Shown: positions 36,679-46,400 of the stretch, one piece after another
Layout of the letters: each line of letters starts with the position of its first letter
Position numbering within the stretch: position 1 is the first letter of the stretch
Assembly (NCBI GenBank): GCA_905210485.1
Contig: CAJLXA010000002.1
Span: forward strand, 4,168 to 68,167
Source of the DNA: an uncultured Eubacteriales bacterium
Lineage (GTDB): Bacteria > Bacillota > Clostridia > Oscillospirales > CAG-272
Reading direction: 5' to 3'
Length of the DNA stretch: 64,000 nt
The notes under the pieces: generated by a model
Seen by the model: only the letters and a program-made list of their open reading frames with translations
Databases searched by the model: none
What the model was told of the DNA's origin: nothing
Program-made: the position numbers and the translations under genes

Positions 36679-38748
36679 ATGAAACAGAAAAAGAGCAAAA
36701 GCAGATCCGCCGACAGGAAAAAAACCGTTTCCCGTCACGCGGCAAACAATCACTACCCGAAAAGCCGACGAAAAATTTCTGCGGAAGACCTCGCGGCGCA
36801 CCCTTATAAAAGGAAAGCCGGACGACCCGTGGCAAAAAGAACCGTGGAAGGCGTTTTTTCCGCCACCCGTCACGGTTACGGCTTCCTGACGGTCACCGGG
36901 GAAAAAGAGGACTTCTTCGTTCCCGCGCCGAAAACGGGCGGCGCCCTGCACGGCGACCGTGTACGCGCCGTTCTCCGCAAAAGCCGCGGCGAACGCGCGG
37001 AAGCCGAAATCACGGAAATCCTCTCTTACGGCAAAGAAACCGTCATCGGCACATTGTGCAGCGAACGCGTTGCCGGGAAAAGAAGAGGCGGCAAATATTT
37101 TGTCCGGCGTTTCTTATTGCCTGACAGCGATCTTTTCCCCGAAATCGAAGTGCAGAATACCGCTCTCCCGGACGGAGAAAAGGCGGAAGTCACCGTCGTC
37201 CGTGGCAAAGCGGGTACGCTCACCGGAAGCATAACGCGTTCTTTCGGCCCCTGCGAATCGCGCACGGCCAACTATGAAGCCATCCTTGCCGAAAACGGAA
37301 TCCCTGCCGTATTTCCGGACGATGTGCTTGCGGAAGCGGCACAGGCAGCGGCAGAACCGCTATCCGACGCGGGGCGCAACCGTCCGCGCGAAATCATTTT
37401 CACGATCGACGGCGCAGACGCCAAAGACCTCGACGACGCCATATCGCTGACGAAGATCGGTGATGCCTACCGTCTCGGCGTGCATATTGCCGACGTCAGT
37501 CATTATGTAAAAAGACACAGCGCCTGCGAAAAAGAAGCCATGGCGCGCGGTACAAGCGTTTACTTTGTCGACAAAGTTGTTCCCATGCTTCCCGAAATTC
37601 TTTCAAACGGCGCCTGTTCTCTGAACGCGGGAGAAGACAAATACGCCATTTCCGCCTATATCACCTTTGAGAAAAACGGGGAGATCAAAAACACCGAAGT
37701 ACGGCGCAGTATTATCCGTTCAACGGTACGCGGCGTGTACAGTGAAGTCAACGACCTGTTACTGAAAGGCGGAAAATCGGCGTTTTTCCGAAAATACGAA
37801 AAGGTATACCCCACGCTTCTTGAAATGCGCGATCTGTATACTCTTCTTGCCAAACGGGGACGTCACCGCGGCATCATTGACTTTGACCGTCCGGAAGGCA
37901 TCGTTCTGCTCGACGAAAACGGCGATCCGTACGCCATTGAAAAACGCGAACGCGGCATTGCGGAACGCATGATAGAACAGTTCATGCTTGCCGCCAATAC
38001 GGGCATCGCCACCGCTCTTCATGCGGCGGGATTCCCCGCCGTATACCGTGTCCATGACAAACCCGATCCCGATCGTGTGCGCGATTTCGTCGCGTTTGCC
38101 GACGCGTTGGGTCTTGACACCGCCGCCATTCGGGAGGGAGAAGGAAAGACCCCCGTCGCCTTTGCAAATCTCCTGCGTTCGGCGCAGAAAAGGGGAATCG
38201 GCGACACGGTATCCTATGTTTTGCTCCGCACCATGGCCAAGGCCAAATACAGTGCCGAAACACACGGGCATTTCGGTCTTGCAATCCGCTATTACTGTCA
38301 CTTTACGTCCCCGATCCGCCGATTGTCCGACCTCGTCACGCATCGCCTTGTCAAGCATTACCTGATTGACAAAGATCCCGAAAATCAGGCCGACCGCCTC
38401 TATGCGCGGGACGCCGCCACGGCCGCGACCGAAGGAGAAATCCGTGCGCTCACCGCGGAGCGTGAAATAGAAAACCTGTATAAAACGTTGTATATGATCA
38501 ACCACATCGGCGAAGAATACGAGGCGACGGTCTCCGGTCTTACTTCCTTCGGCATCTTCGCGGAGCTTGACAACACCTGTGAAGGTATGATTCCCTTTAC
38601 CGCTTACGGCCATCGCTATGTCTATGACGAACGGCGACAGATCATTGTCGGCCCCGAACGTACTTTTCGTTTCGGAGACCGTATTCGCGTGCGCGTGGAA
38701 GAAGCTGATCTTATCAATCGTAAAGTAAAGTTTGCATTATTACAATAA
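36679..38748 (+). CDS. rnr: ribonuclease R
   Basis: 689 aa with a basic N-terminus, RNB catalytic region (DGADAKDLDDAISL) and C-terminal S1 domain. Confidence 0.9.
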   Translation: MKQKKSKSRSADRKKTVSRHAANNHYPKSRRKISAEDLAAHPYKRKAGRPVAKRTVEGVFSATRHGYGFLTVTGEKEDFFVPAPKTGGALHGDRVRAVLRKSRGERAEAEITEILSYGKETVIGTLCSERVAGKRRGGKYFVRRFLLPDSDLFPEIEVQNTALPDGEKAEVTVVRGKAGTLTGSITRSFGPCESRTANYEAILAENGIPAVFPDDVLAEAAQAAAEPLSDAGRNRPREIIFTIDGADAKDLDDAISLTKIGDAYRLGVHIADVSHYVKRHSACEKEAMARGTSVYFVDKVVPMLPEILSNGACSLNAGEDKYAISAYITFEKNGEIKNTEVRRSIIRSTVRGVYSEVNDLLLKGGKSAFFRKYEKVYPTLLEMRDLYTLLAKRGRHRGIIDFDRPEGIVLLDENGDPYAIEKRERGIAERMIEQFMLAANTGIATALHAAGFPAVYRVHDKPDPDRVRDFVAFADALGLDTAAIREGEGKTPVAFANLLRSAQKRGIGDTVSYVLLRTMAKAKYSAETHGHFGLAIRYYCHFTSPIRRLSDLVTHRLVKHYLIDKDPENQADRLYARDAATAATEGEIRALTAEREIENLYKTLYMINHIGEEYEATVSGLTSFGIFAELDNTCEGMIPFTAYGHRYVYDERRQIIVGPERTFRFGDRIRVRVEEADLINRKVKFALLQ

Positions 38749-38823
38749 AAAGCGCCTGAAAATCCTTATAAAAAGGAAAACATTTTTTCTTTGTGTGACA
38801 GCCGCCGTGCAACGGCGCACGGT

Positions 38824-38861
38824 AAAAAAAGAGAACGACCTGCGGGTCGTTCTCTTTTTTT
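38824..38861. terminator. bidirectional intrinsic terminator (rnr / ibrB-like)
   Basis: 17-bp stem AAAAAAAGAGAACGACC / GGTCGTTCTCTTTTTTT with loop TGCG, between convergent genes. Confidence 0.85.
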
Positions 38862-38862
38862 A

Positions 38863-39441
38863 TTATGCCTTTTCTGGAACCTTTTCAGCCTCATCATCCG
38901 GCATAGGCTCCGGCGCTTCCTCGTCCTCAAGCGGTTCCCACGATCTTCCGAATTCGGCATTGCGGAAAAGCGAGGCCAGTCCCGTCAATTGTTTCAGACG
39001 CAGAATTTCGTCTTCGTCCATGCCGAGGTGCCGGGAAATCCACGCGTCGGAACGGCCGAGTTCGTGAAGTTCTTTCACGATATTGCTCATCAGATCAACG
39101 TCGTGCGTACCGCGGGCGCGGTTATGGCGGATCGTACTGGCCATACGCTGGTCGAGAGGTTTGTCGATGACGGAAACCGGCAGCATACCGTTTTCACGGC
39201 AATAGATGTCCACATAGTCTTTCATAATTCTGTAGCGGTGAAATCCGTCGACAATGATATAGGTATCGTTTTCCTCATCGTAGTAACACACGATCGGCAT
39301 GGTATAGCCGTCCTCTTTTATGCTGTCGTAAAGAAGGCGCATTTCGGGCGGTGCCACGCTGTTGGGGTTATACGTATTCGGCGATATTTTTTCAAACGGC
39401 ACGGCAATGACATTATACACCGGGCTTTTATAGCTGCTCAT
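38863..39441 (-). CDS. ParB/Srx-fold protein, IbrB-like
   Basis: IVDGFHR and TIRHNRARG motifs. Acidic C-terminal tail. Its start overlaps the upstream gene by 4 nt. Confidence 0.75.
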   Translation of the reverse strand: MSSYKSPVYNVIAVPFEKISPNTYNPNSVAPPEMRLLYDSIKEDGYTMPIVCYYDEENDTYIIVDGFHRYRIMKDYVDIYCRENGMLPVSVIDKPLDQRMASTIRHNRARGTHDVDLMSNIVKELHELGRSDAWISRHLGMDEDEILRLKQLTGLASLFRNAEFGRSWEPLEDEEAPEPMPDDEAEKVPEKA

Positions 39442-40763
39442 TTTTCGTCTTCCTCTATTGCTTCGTATTTTTCTTTCAGGATCTTCACGCGCAACTGCTG
39501 TTCACGCGTCAATGAAAAACCCATCGTGCGGCATATATGATCGTTTTTCAGAATACACGCGCACATGCGCTTCCAACTCGGTATATCCTTTGTCGATTTG
39601 ATGTCGTCGGTATCATCGGGGATCCTGCCGACAAAAACGACCCGCGGATTTTTCATGACCGTATAATTGGAAACGCCGTTCAGACGGATGTCATACCCGC
39701 GCGCAACCAATTCGTTTACCACATCGGTGGGCAGGCCGCCGCCCGTGCGATGCCAGAAGTCGATCGACGTGCGGAACTTTCTTATATAATTGTTGCGCAG
39801 TTTTGCCGGCAAGGTCTCCAAAAGAAACAGCGTATACTCTTTCCATGTATAATTCTTGGGAAGCGTTACCTTACGATAGCCGAGCGCCTTGGTTTTCCCG
39901 TAAAGAGCGGCGGAATTGACTCCGCGTACCCGCCCCACAAGCTTCACCCATATTTCCGGGTCGATGATACGGTAAAGATTCAGGCTTTCTTTTGCATAGT
40001 CGTTGAACGGCGAAGCAACGCGCATCTGGTCGGGGCGAACCCCCGCCATGTAATACAGATCGTACAGGTGGTTATACTCGTACCCGAAAATAGCGTTGGC
40101 ATGCCAGACATCGGAAGTCGACCAATCGTAAAGAGGTGATGCCGCCCATACGTCCTTATGCCGCTGAATAATCCACGACTGCCCCTTATACCCGTATTTG
40201 GCATTGATAATAGCGCTGTACCGGTGAAGCGATTCGTCGCAACGGATGCCCAGAAGGCATATCGTTTTTTTGTTTTCATGCGTCATGCGGTAAAACCGCC
40301 CGAACTGATTGGCAAGGTCCTCCTGATGCATGCGATAACGGTAAGTGACAAAGGGATTGTTCTTCAGATTGATGACATAGGGATGATCCGGCATCGGACG
40401 CACCCAATCCGCTTCCTTTTTGTCGTCCCACGGATACCAGAACATTTCGTAGTTGCTGATCGAAGTGCGCGTGGCCATCGGCAGGCATACCCAATACAGT
40501 TCCGCTTCTTTTTCAATGCGGTTAAAAGTATTCTCCACATATTTTGTCGTTTCGCTGTACTGCGCCTCAAAATCCTGATGGAACACCCCTACCGTTCTTC
40601 CGGGATAAAACTTATTCCGGAAATCCAACGTAAGATTCAGAAGAAGTCCGCTGTCTTTGCCACCGGAAAACGAGACATATATATTGTCAAACTCACGAAA
40701 AATATAGTGCATACGTGAGCAAAACGCCTCGTAGACATTCTGATGCTGATACTGTTTTTTCAT
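39438..40763 (-). CDS. PAPS-reductase-fold PP-loop ATP pyrophosphatase with long C-terminal domain, IbrA-like (DUF3440 type)
   Basis: PP-loop SFSGGKDSGLLL near the N-terminus. 441 aa. Paired with the ParB-like gene. Confidence 0.75.
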   Translation of the reverse strand: MKKQYQHQNVYEAFCSRMHYIFREFDNIYVSFSGGKDSGLLLNLTLDFRNKFYPGRTVGVFHQDFEAQYSETTKYVENTFNRIEKEAELYWVCLPMATRTSISNYEMFWYPWDDKKEADWVRPMPDHPYVINLKNNPFVTYRYRMHQEDLANQFGRFYRMTHENKKTICLLGIRCDESLHRYSAIINAKYGYKGQSWIIQRHKDVWAASPLYDWSTSDVWHANAIFGYEYNHLYDLYYMAGVRPDQMRVASPFNDYAKESLNLYRIIDPEIWVKLVGRVRGVNSAALYGKTKALGYRKVTLPKNYTWKEYTLFLLETLPAKLRNNYIRKFRTSIDFWHRTGGGLPTDVVNELVARGYDIRLNGVSNYTVMKNPRVVFVGRIPDDTDDIKSTKDIPSWKRMCACILKNDHICRTMGFSLTREQQLRVKILKEKYEAIEEDEK

Positions 40764-40894
40764 TGATCACAGAGCGAGCCTGAAAGAGAAAAAGCCGCCA
40801 TAGCCCCTTTACCGATTTACTGTCCGTTTTATACGGATTGTCGGCGTGTAAAAACGGTTATCTTCAACCGAAAACACACGCCGAAACCGGTTAT

Positions 40895-40923
40895 ATTATA
40901 CCATTTTTTTGTCATAAAAACAA
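40895..40923 (-). promoter_or_regulatory. extended -10 promoter of the ibrA/ibrB-like cassette
   Basis: On the minus strand: TTGTTT (40918-40923), 17 nt, TGgTATAAT (-10 at 40895-40900). About 125-nt 5' UTR containing a CGGCGTGT...ACACGCCG hairpin. Confidence 0.55.
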
Positions 40924-41034
40924 GGTAATTTGCGCATTTTCTCATTTTTTGGCACTTAGGCAAAAACAGGAGTCCGTTTTTTGTGAAATATTCCAAAAAT
41001 GTCACAAAAATATGCGAAAAGGTATTGCAAATTA

Positions 41035-41063
41035 CTTCAAAAAAGATTAGAATAAAGACAATA
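41035..41063 (+). promoter_or_regulatory. sigma-A type promoter of the isomerase gene
   Basis: TTGCAA (41035-41040), 17 nt, TAGAAT (41058-41063). Confidence 0.6.
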
Positions 41064-41083
41064 AAATCAAAAAGGAGATCCCT

Positions 41084-42052
41084 ATGAAACTCAGTGTACT
41101 CACCAATCTCTTCGGCAATATGAGTTACGAAGAGGCCTTTCGGAAATTTGAAGAACTCGGCGTCGACGCCGTGGAAATCGGTTGCGGCGGATATCCCGGA
41201 AAGGCTCATTGCAATCCGAAAGAATTGCTTCAGGACGAAAAGAAACTGCAGGCTTTTACCGATTCGCTGAAAAGACATCATCTGGAACTGGCCTGCCTCT
41301 CCTGCCACGGCAACGCCGTACATCCCGACCCCGTCATAGCCAAAGGATTTGACGATGATTTTCACGACGCCGTTCTGCTTGCGGAAAAACTGGGCATCGA
41401 CACCGTTGTCACCTTTTCCGGTTGCCCCGGCGGATCGCCCGAAGATAAAACGCCGAACTGGGCGACCTGCGCCTGGCCCGAAGATTATCTTGCCATCCTT
41501 GACTACCAGTGGAATCAGGTGCTGATCCCCTATTGGAAGAAAACGGCCGCTTTCGCCAAAGAACACGGCGTAACCAAAATTGCTTTTGAAATGCACCCCG
41601 GTTTCTGCGTTTATAATCCCGAAACGCTTCTGCGCCTGCGTGCCGCCGTCGGCGACATTATCGGCGCAAACTTTGACCCCTCGCACCTGATCTGGCAGGG
41701 TATCGAACCCGTCGCCGCCATTCGCGAACTCGCCGGCGCCATCTATCACTTCCATGCAAAGGACACCAAGGTCGACAAATATAACACCGCCAAATTCGGC
41801 GTCCTTGATACAAAACCCTACAGCGACGAAATTCACCGCAGTTGGGTATTCCGCTCGGTAGGATACGGCAACGGTCTTGACTACTGGCGCGACATCATCT
41901 CCGCGCTCCGTCTTGTCGGATACGACAAGGTCATGTCTATTGAACATGAAGACAGCCTCATGACCACGGAAGAGGGTCTCAAAAAGGCCGTTGAATTCCT
42001 GAAGCAGTCCATTATCCGCGACCCGAAACCGACCACGATGCATTGGGCATAA
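41084..42052 (+). CDS. sugar phosphate isomerase/epimerase (xylose-isomerase-like TIM barrel)
   Basis: 322-aa AP-endonuclease-2/xylose-isomerase-like barrel sequence (FEMHPG, SIEHED). Confidence 0.75.
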   Translation: MKLSVLTNLFGNMSYEEAFRKFEELGVDAVEIGCGGYPGKAHCNPKELLQDEKKLQAFTDSLKRHHLELACLSCHGNAVHPDPVIAKGFDDDFHDAVLLAEKLGIDTVVTFSGCPGGSPEDKTPNWATCAWPEDYLAILDYQWNQVLIPYWKKTAAFAKEHGVTKIAFEMHPGFCVYNPETLLRLRAAVGDIIGANFDPSHLIWQGIEPVAAIRELAGAIYHFHAKDTKVDKYNTAKFGVLDTKPYSDEIHRSWVFRSVGYGNGLDYWRDIISALRLVGYDKVMSIEHEDSLMTTEEGLKKAVEFLKQSIIRDPKPTTMHWA

Positions 42053-42111
42053 TTTTGCCCCCGCATCGGAGACTTCTCTGCCCGGCGCATCTCTACGGCC
42101 GCGGCGAAGAT

Positions 42112-42155
42112 AAAAAGCATAACAGCCTGCCGAACGGCAGGCTGTTATGCTTTTT
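42112..42155. terminator. bidirectional intrinsic terminator ending the polysaccharide operon
   Basis: 20-bp perfect stem AAAAAGCATAACAGCCTGCC / GGCAGGCTGTTATGCTTTTT with loop GAAC. Confidence 0.9.
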
Positions 42156-42172
42156 GTAACGTCTTATTTACA

Positions 42173-43462
42173 TTATTGCGGATTTTCGGCAACACCGAAT
42201 TGCAGACGCAGTTTCTCCGAGAGTTCATCCGTAACCGTCCCGAAAGGCGCGCCGCCTTTCGCGTAATCGGTATTTTTATATACGGTTCCCGTTCCGCTGT
42301 AATTTTCGCATATGCCGAGAAGCGCTTCCGCAACCGTCTCGGGAGAGCAGTTTTTCAGAGATACGATATTGCCGTTAAAGTCGGCAATATCTTTGTTCTT
42401 ATAGCAGTTTGTAATGGTCTTCACACCGAAAGTGGACATTTCCAGCGGCGGATAACTCGGATGCGGCGACACCATGAGAGAGATGCCGGCATAACTGTCG
42501 CACATCGTCTGCGCATAATCCCGAAGCGGCATTTTACCGGCGGCCTTCAGCGTTGCACCGTTTCCGAGGTCGATGGTCTCATGCGTTTCTCCCGCCGACA
42601 GGAATGTCCATTCCGCGACGTCACTCATTTTACCGGCAAACAACCTCAGCGCACAAACAAGCAACGTAAAGGCATTCCTGTCCGTATGCGGTCTTCCGTA
42701 CACCAGTATCTGTTTCTTTTTCGGTACGGTCTCTTTTTCGGGAAGACAGGAGATCAGGGCGGGATTCAATACCGGATCAAACGACCACATGGCGGAGAAA
42801 GAATAACCCTCGTTAACGAAATAATCCCGCAGAATCGAAGAATTGATGACGGCATAGACGGGAGAATCCATACGGTAGGTGCTGTCCGCCATCAGATACC
42901 GCGACGACCATGGATAAAAGCCGGGTTCATAATCCTGAATCATATAGACAAGCGGTCGCACAGGAACGCCGAAATATTCGCTTTGCGCATGAAGAACCGC
43001 TTTCACGGTGTAGGCCGTCCACCAACCCGTTGCCACGAAAATATCGTTTTCCGCTACGGGAATCGTTTTTCCGCTTCTGTCCGCAAAAGAGATGAGCTGA
43101 TACGATTTCAGGCTGTCCTCTTCCGCCGAAACCACGACGTAATCCGAAGGAGCCACGGAAGTTTCCGAAATGACGGGCGCGTCACATGTGATGATCCGTG
43201 CGTCACAACCGTTTTTCTTACGGAGTTCTTCAAAGAAACGGATCGCCGTCGCGATACCGCCGAAGACATGCGCCGTATCTACCGACGGTGTAAGAAGATT
43301 GAGCCGAAGCTGTTTTCCGTAAGCCTCCGATTTCCGCGCTCCGATCGGTTCTACCTCCGGAATACGGACTTCCGCACCGCTTGCAACCGCCGATTTTGCC
43401 ATTCTGTAAAGCGGCGCCGTCAACGGGAATTTTTTCAGAAACTGTTTTACGCGTGTATTCAT
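42173..43462 (-). CDS. GT-B type glycosyltransferase, tentatively WsaF-like rhamnosyltransferase
   Basis: 429 aa with two Rossmann-like halves. Last gene of the rhamnose operon. The family assignment is from recollection of WsaF-like sequences and is not verified. Confidence 0.55.
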   Translation of the reverse strand: MNTRVKQFLKKFPLTAPLYRMAKSAVASGAEVRIPEVEPIGARKSEAYGKQLRLNLLTPSVDTAHVFGGIATAIRFFEELRKKNGCDARIITCDAPVISETSVAPSDYVVVSAEEDSLKSYQLISFADRSGKTIPVAENDIFVATGWWTAYTVKAVLHAQSEYFGVPVRPLVYMIQDYEPGFYPWSSRYLMADSTYRMDSPVYAVINSSILRDYFVNEGYSFSAMWSFDPVLNPALISCLPEKETVPKKKQILVYGRPHTDRNAFTLLVCALRLFAGKMSDVAEWTFLSAGETHETIDLGNGATLKAAGKMPLRDYAQTMCDSYAGISLMVSPHPSYPPLEMSTFGVKTITNCYKNKDIADFNGNIVSLKNCSPETVAEALLGICENYSGTGTVYKNTDYAKGGAPFGTVTDELSEKLRLQFGVAENPQ

Positions 43463-46400
43463 TACCTTTTTGCCTCCTTCGGCGTAGTGGACGACAGATC
43501 CAGATTGCGGTTATAGAAAGGATCGCCGTTTTCCCGGTAAGGCGTGTAGACAGCATACGAACGGCGGAAATCCACCTCGGGAATGTCGTCGGGTTTACGG
43601 CTTTTCGATTCGTAATGATACAGCCTGACCGCAGGTTCATATTTATTATAATACCCTTTTTCATACGCGCGGAGACACAACTCTATGTCACTGCCGCATA
43701 TGATGAAACTTTCGTCGAATTCCCCGATGTCTTCTATAGTTTTACGCGATACCGCAAGACAGGCGCCCGTCACGGCAAGCACGTTCCTTGCCACCATAGG
43801 CGATACGAACGGCGCCCCGTAATGCACGGGCGGCTGCCCTTTGAACACATGATCCGCCCAACCGCCGAACCCGACCACAACGCCTGCATGCTGTATGGTG
43901 CCGTCCGGGTACAGAAGAAGCGGCCCCGCAACGCCGATACCGGGACGGATAACATTTTCGGCAAGACGCGTCATCCAATCCCCGCTTATGACCACCGTAT
44001 CGTTGTTCAGGAAAATAAACACGTCGCCGGTGGCGTTGCATATACCAAAGTTATTGATCTTTGACCAGTTGAATTCCATGTCGGCCGCAATCACACGGAC
44101 GCGCGGATTCTGCTCCGTAATCTTGCGGAACCAATTTTGCGTCTCTTCCTCGACGGAACGGTTATCCAGTATGATGACTTCATAATCGGGATAGTCCGTT
44201 TTTTCAAGAATACTCTGCACGCAGGCGTCGGTCAATGCGCTTTTGTCTTTCATCGGAATCATGACCGACACGCGGGGCGCGGGATCCGGGAGAGGATAGC
44301 GCGCGTCATATACGAATGTATAGGCGGTGTCTTCCGCATGAGCGCCGTCGCCGGATACGCGGTGCAGATGCTCGTCAAGCGCGCGCTTACCGGCGGTATG
44401 CGCATATGGTTTCGCTGTCGGATCGGCCGCCGTTGAGCCGGGACATTCCCGCCATGTATACAGGATTTTCGGAATATGCACGATATTCCGCGTGCACTCG
44501 GACAAACGAAGCATAAGGTCGTAATCCTGGCTTCCGTCAAAAGCCGGGCGGAATCCCCCGACCGACAGAAACAGGGAGCGGCGGATCACCGACAGGTGAC
44601 AGATATACATCTGACTGCAAAGAAGATCCGGCGAAAAATCCGGTTTATAAAACGGATTTATATGCTTGCCGGCGGGAGAAAGATGATCTTCATCGGAATA
44701 CAGCACATCGGCGCCGGTATTCTGTATAAACACCGCGTTCTGATACAGCGCTTCCGACGACAGAAGATCGTCGTGGTCGAGAAGCGCGATATAGTCGCCG
44801 CTTGCCATCGCCGCGCAGGCATTGGTATTTTCCGATATGCCGCCGTTTTTTTCAAGACGGCGATATTGCACGCGTGCGTCGCGCGCCGCATATGTCTTTA
44901 CGATTTCTTCCACGTAAGCATGCGCCGCGTCGCTTCCGTCTGCGAGGCAAAGTTCAAAATTCGCGTAGGTTTGCCGCAGTACGGACTCAATCATTTCACA
45001 AAGATATTTCTTGTTCGTGTTATACAAAGGCACGATCACCGAAAATTTCACGGAATTGGTAAAAACCGTTTTCCGCTGTAACGCAAGCTCCTTTTTCGTC
45101 GGGAAAACCGATTTTCTGGGGAACAGACGGGTTTTGATCTTACGAAAAGTGATTCCGGGGCCGTTCCGGCGTATGGAACGGAGAAATTTTCCGAATATAC
45201 GCACCGGAGGAATTTTTTTCAGGAAATCGCCGAGCATGCGAAAAGGTTTTGTTATCTTCCAGAATGCCGCGTTGGAAATCGTATCATACGCAACGCTCTT
45301 TTCATTTAGACTTTGCCGCAACGCGGCGTTTTCTTCCTCGCTTTTCCGACGAAAGAGCGCAAACTCTTCTTTCTCTCCGGCATATTCCGCACGGAGCATC
45401 GCTATCGTTTCTCTTTGTTCATTGCAGGTCGCCCGCAACGTTTCATGTGCTTCGGATTTTTCCTTAAACGCCGACATAAGTTCCTGATACGCCTGTGCGT
45501 CTTTTTCGGATTTTTCTTTCAGTTGCGCTGTATTATTTTCGCTTTCCGATAATGCACGGCTTTTTTCGTCTATGATTTTTTCTTTCTCTTTGAGATTGTC
45601 AAAATACGCCTTTTGACTGGAGATCAAAATGTGATCACGATCGCAAAGTTCGCTCTGCAACCATGTTATGGTCTTTTTCAGATCGGTCATGTCCTCGCTG
45701 ATATGACCGTTCAGGCGGCGCAGTCTGTCCTCCTCGGTTTTCAGCGTCTCTATTTCGGCCTCCTCTTGCAAAAGCCGCTCGGTGGCCTGTGCCAGCTTGC
45801 TTTTTTCACGGTTTTCCCCGGAAATAATCTCGTCTACAAAAGAGGGGGCGGCGGAGATCGGTACAAGTTCTGCCTGTACGCCGAAAAACGTCGCGCCATC
45901 GGGTATACGGAACGTAAACTGCGGGTATCGCTCGGTGGCAATGTAGCCGTCCGCATACGGAGCGGCGTGATCAATGGCTGTCGGGGACAGATCGCCCGAA
46001 TCCGTACGGAAATGCACATTTTTATAATAAAAAGTGCCCTCGTCGCACGGATCAAGGCGCAGATGCACCGTATGGGGGGGGAGCGGAAATTCCTTATGGA
46101 TTTTCAGCGGGTTCTCACAGGTGAAAGTGATGGCATTTTTGTCGCATAATCCTTCGCCCGTATCGAAAAACACGCGGTTGACGCCGCTGTATACAGGAAG
46201 ACGTTCGTTTCTCACCATTCCCTTTTCATGCGCATAATCCATACGGTAGGCCACGCCGACAAATTGATAAATATGTGAATACGGTTTGTTTTTGATAAAA
46301 GCAAGATCCGCCGATGACGCCTCGCTTTTTTGTTCCGTCGATCCCATAGGAACCATTGTCCCCGTCAGTTCGGCAAGAAACAGACCGGCCTCCGCACATA

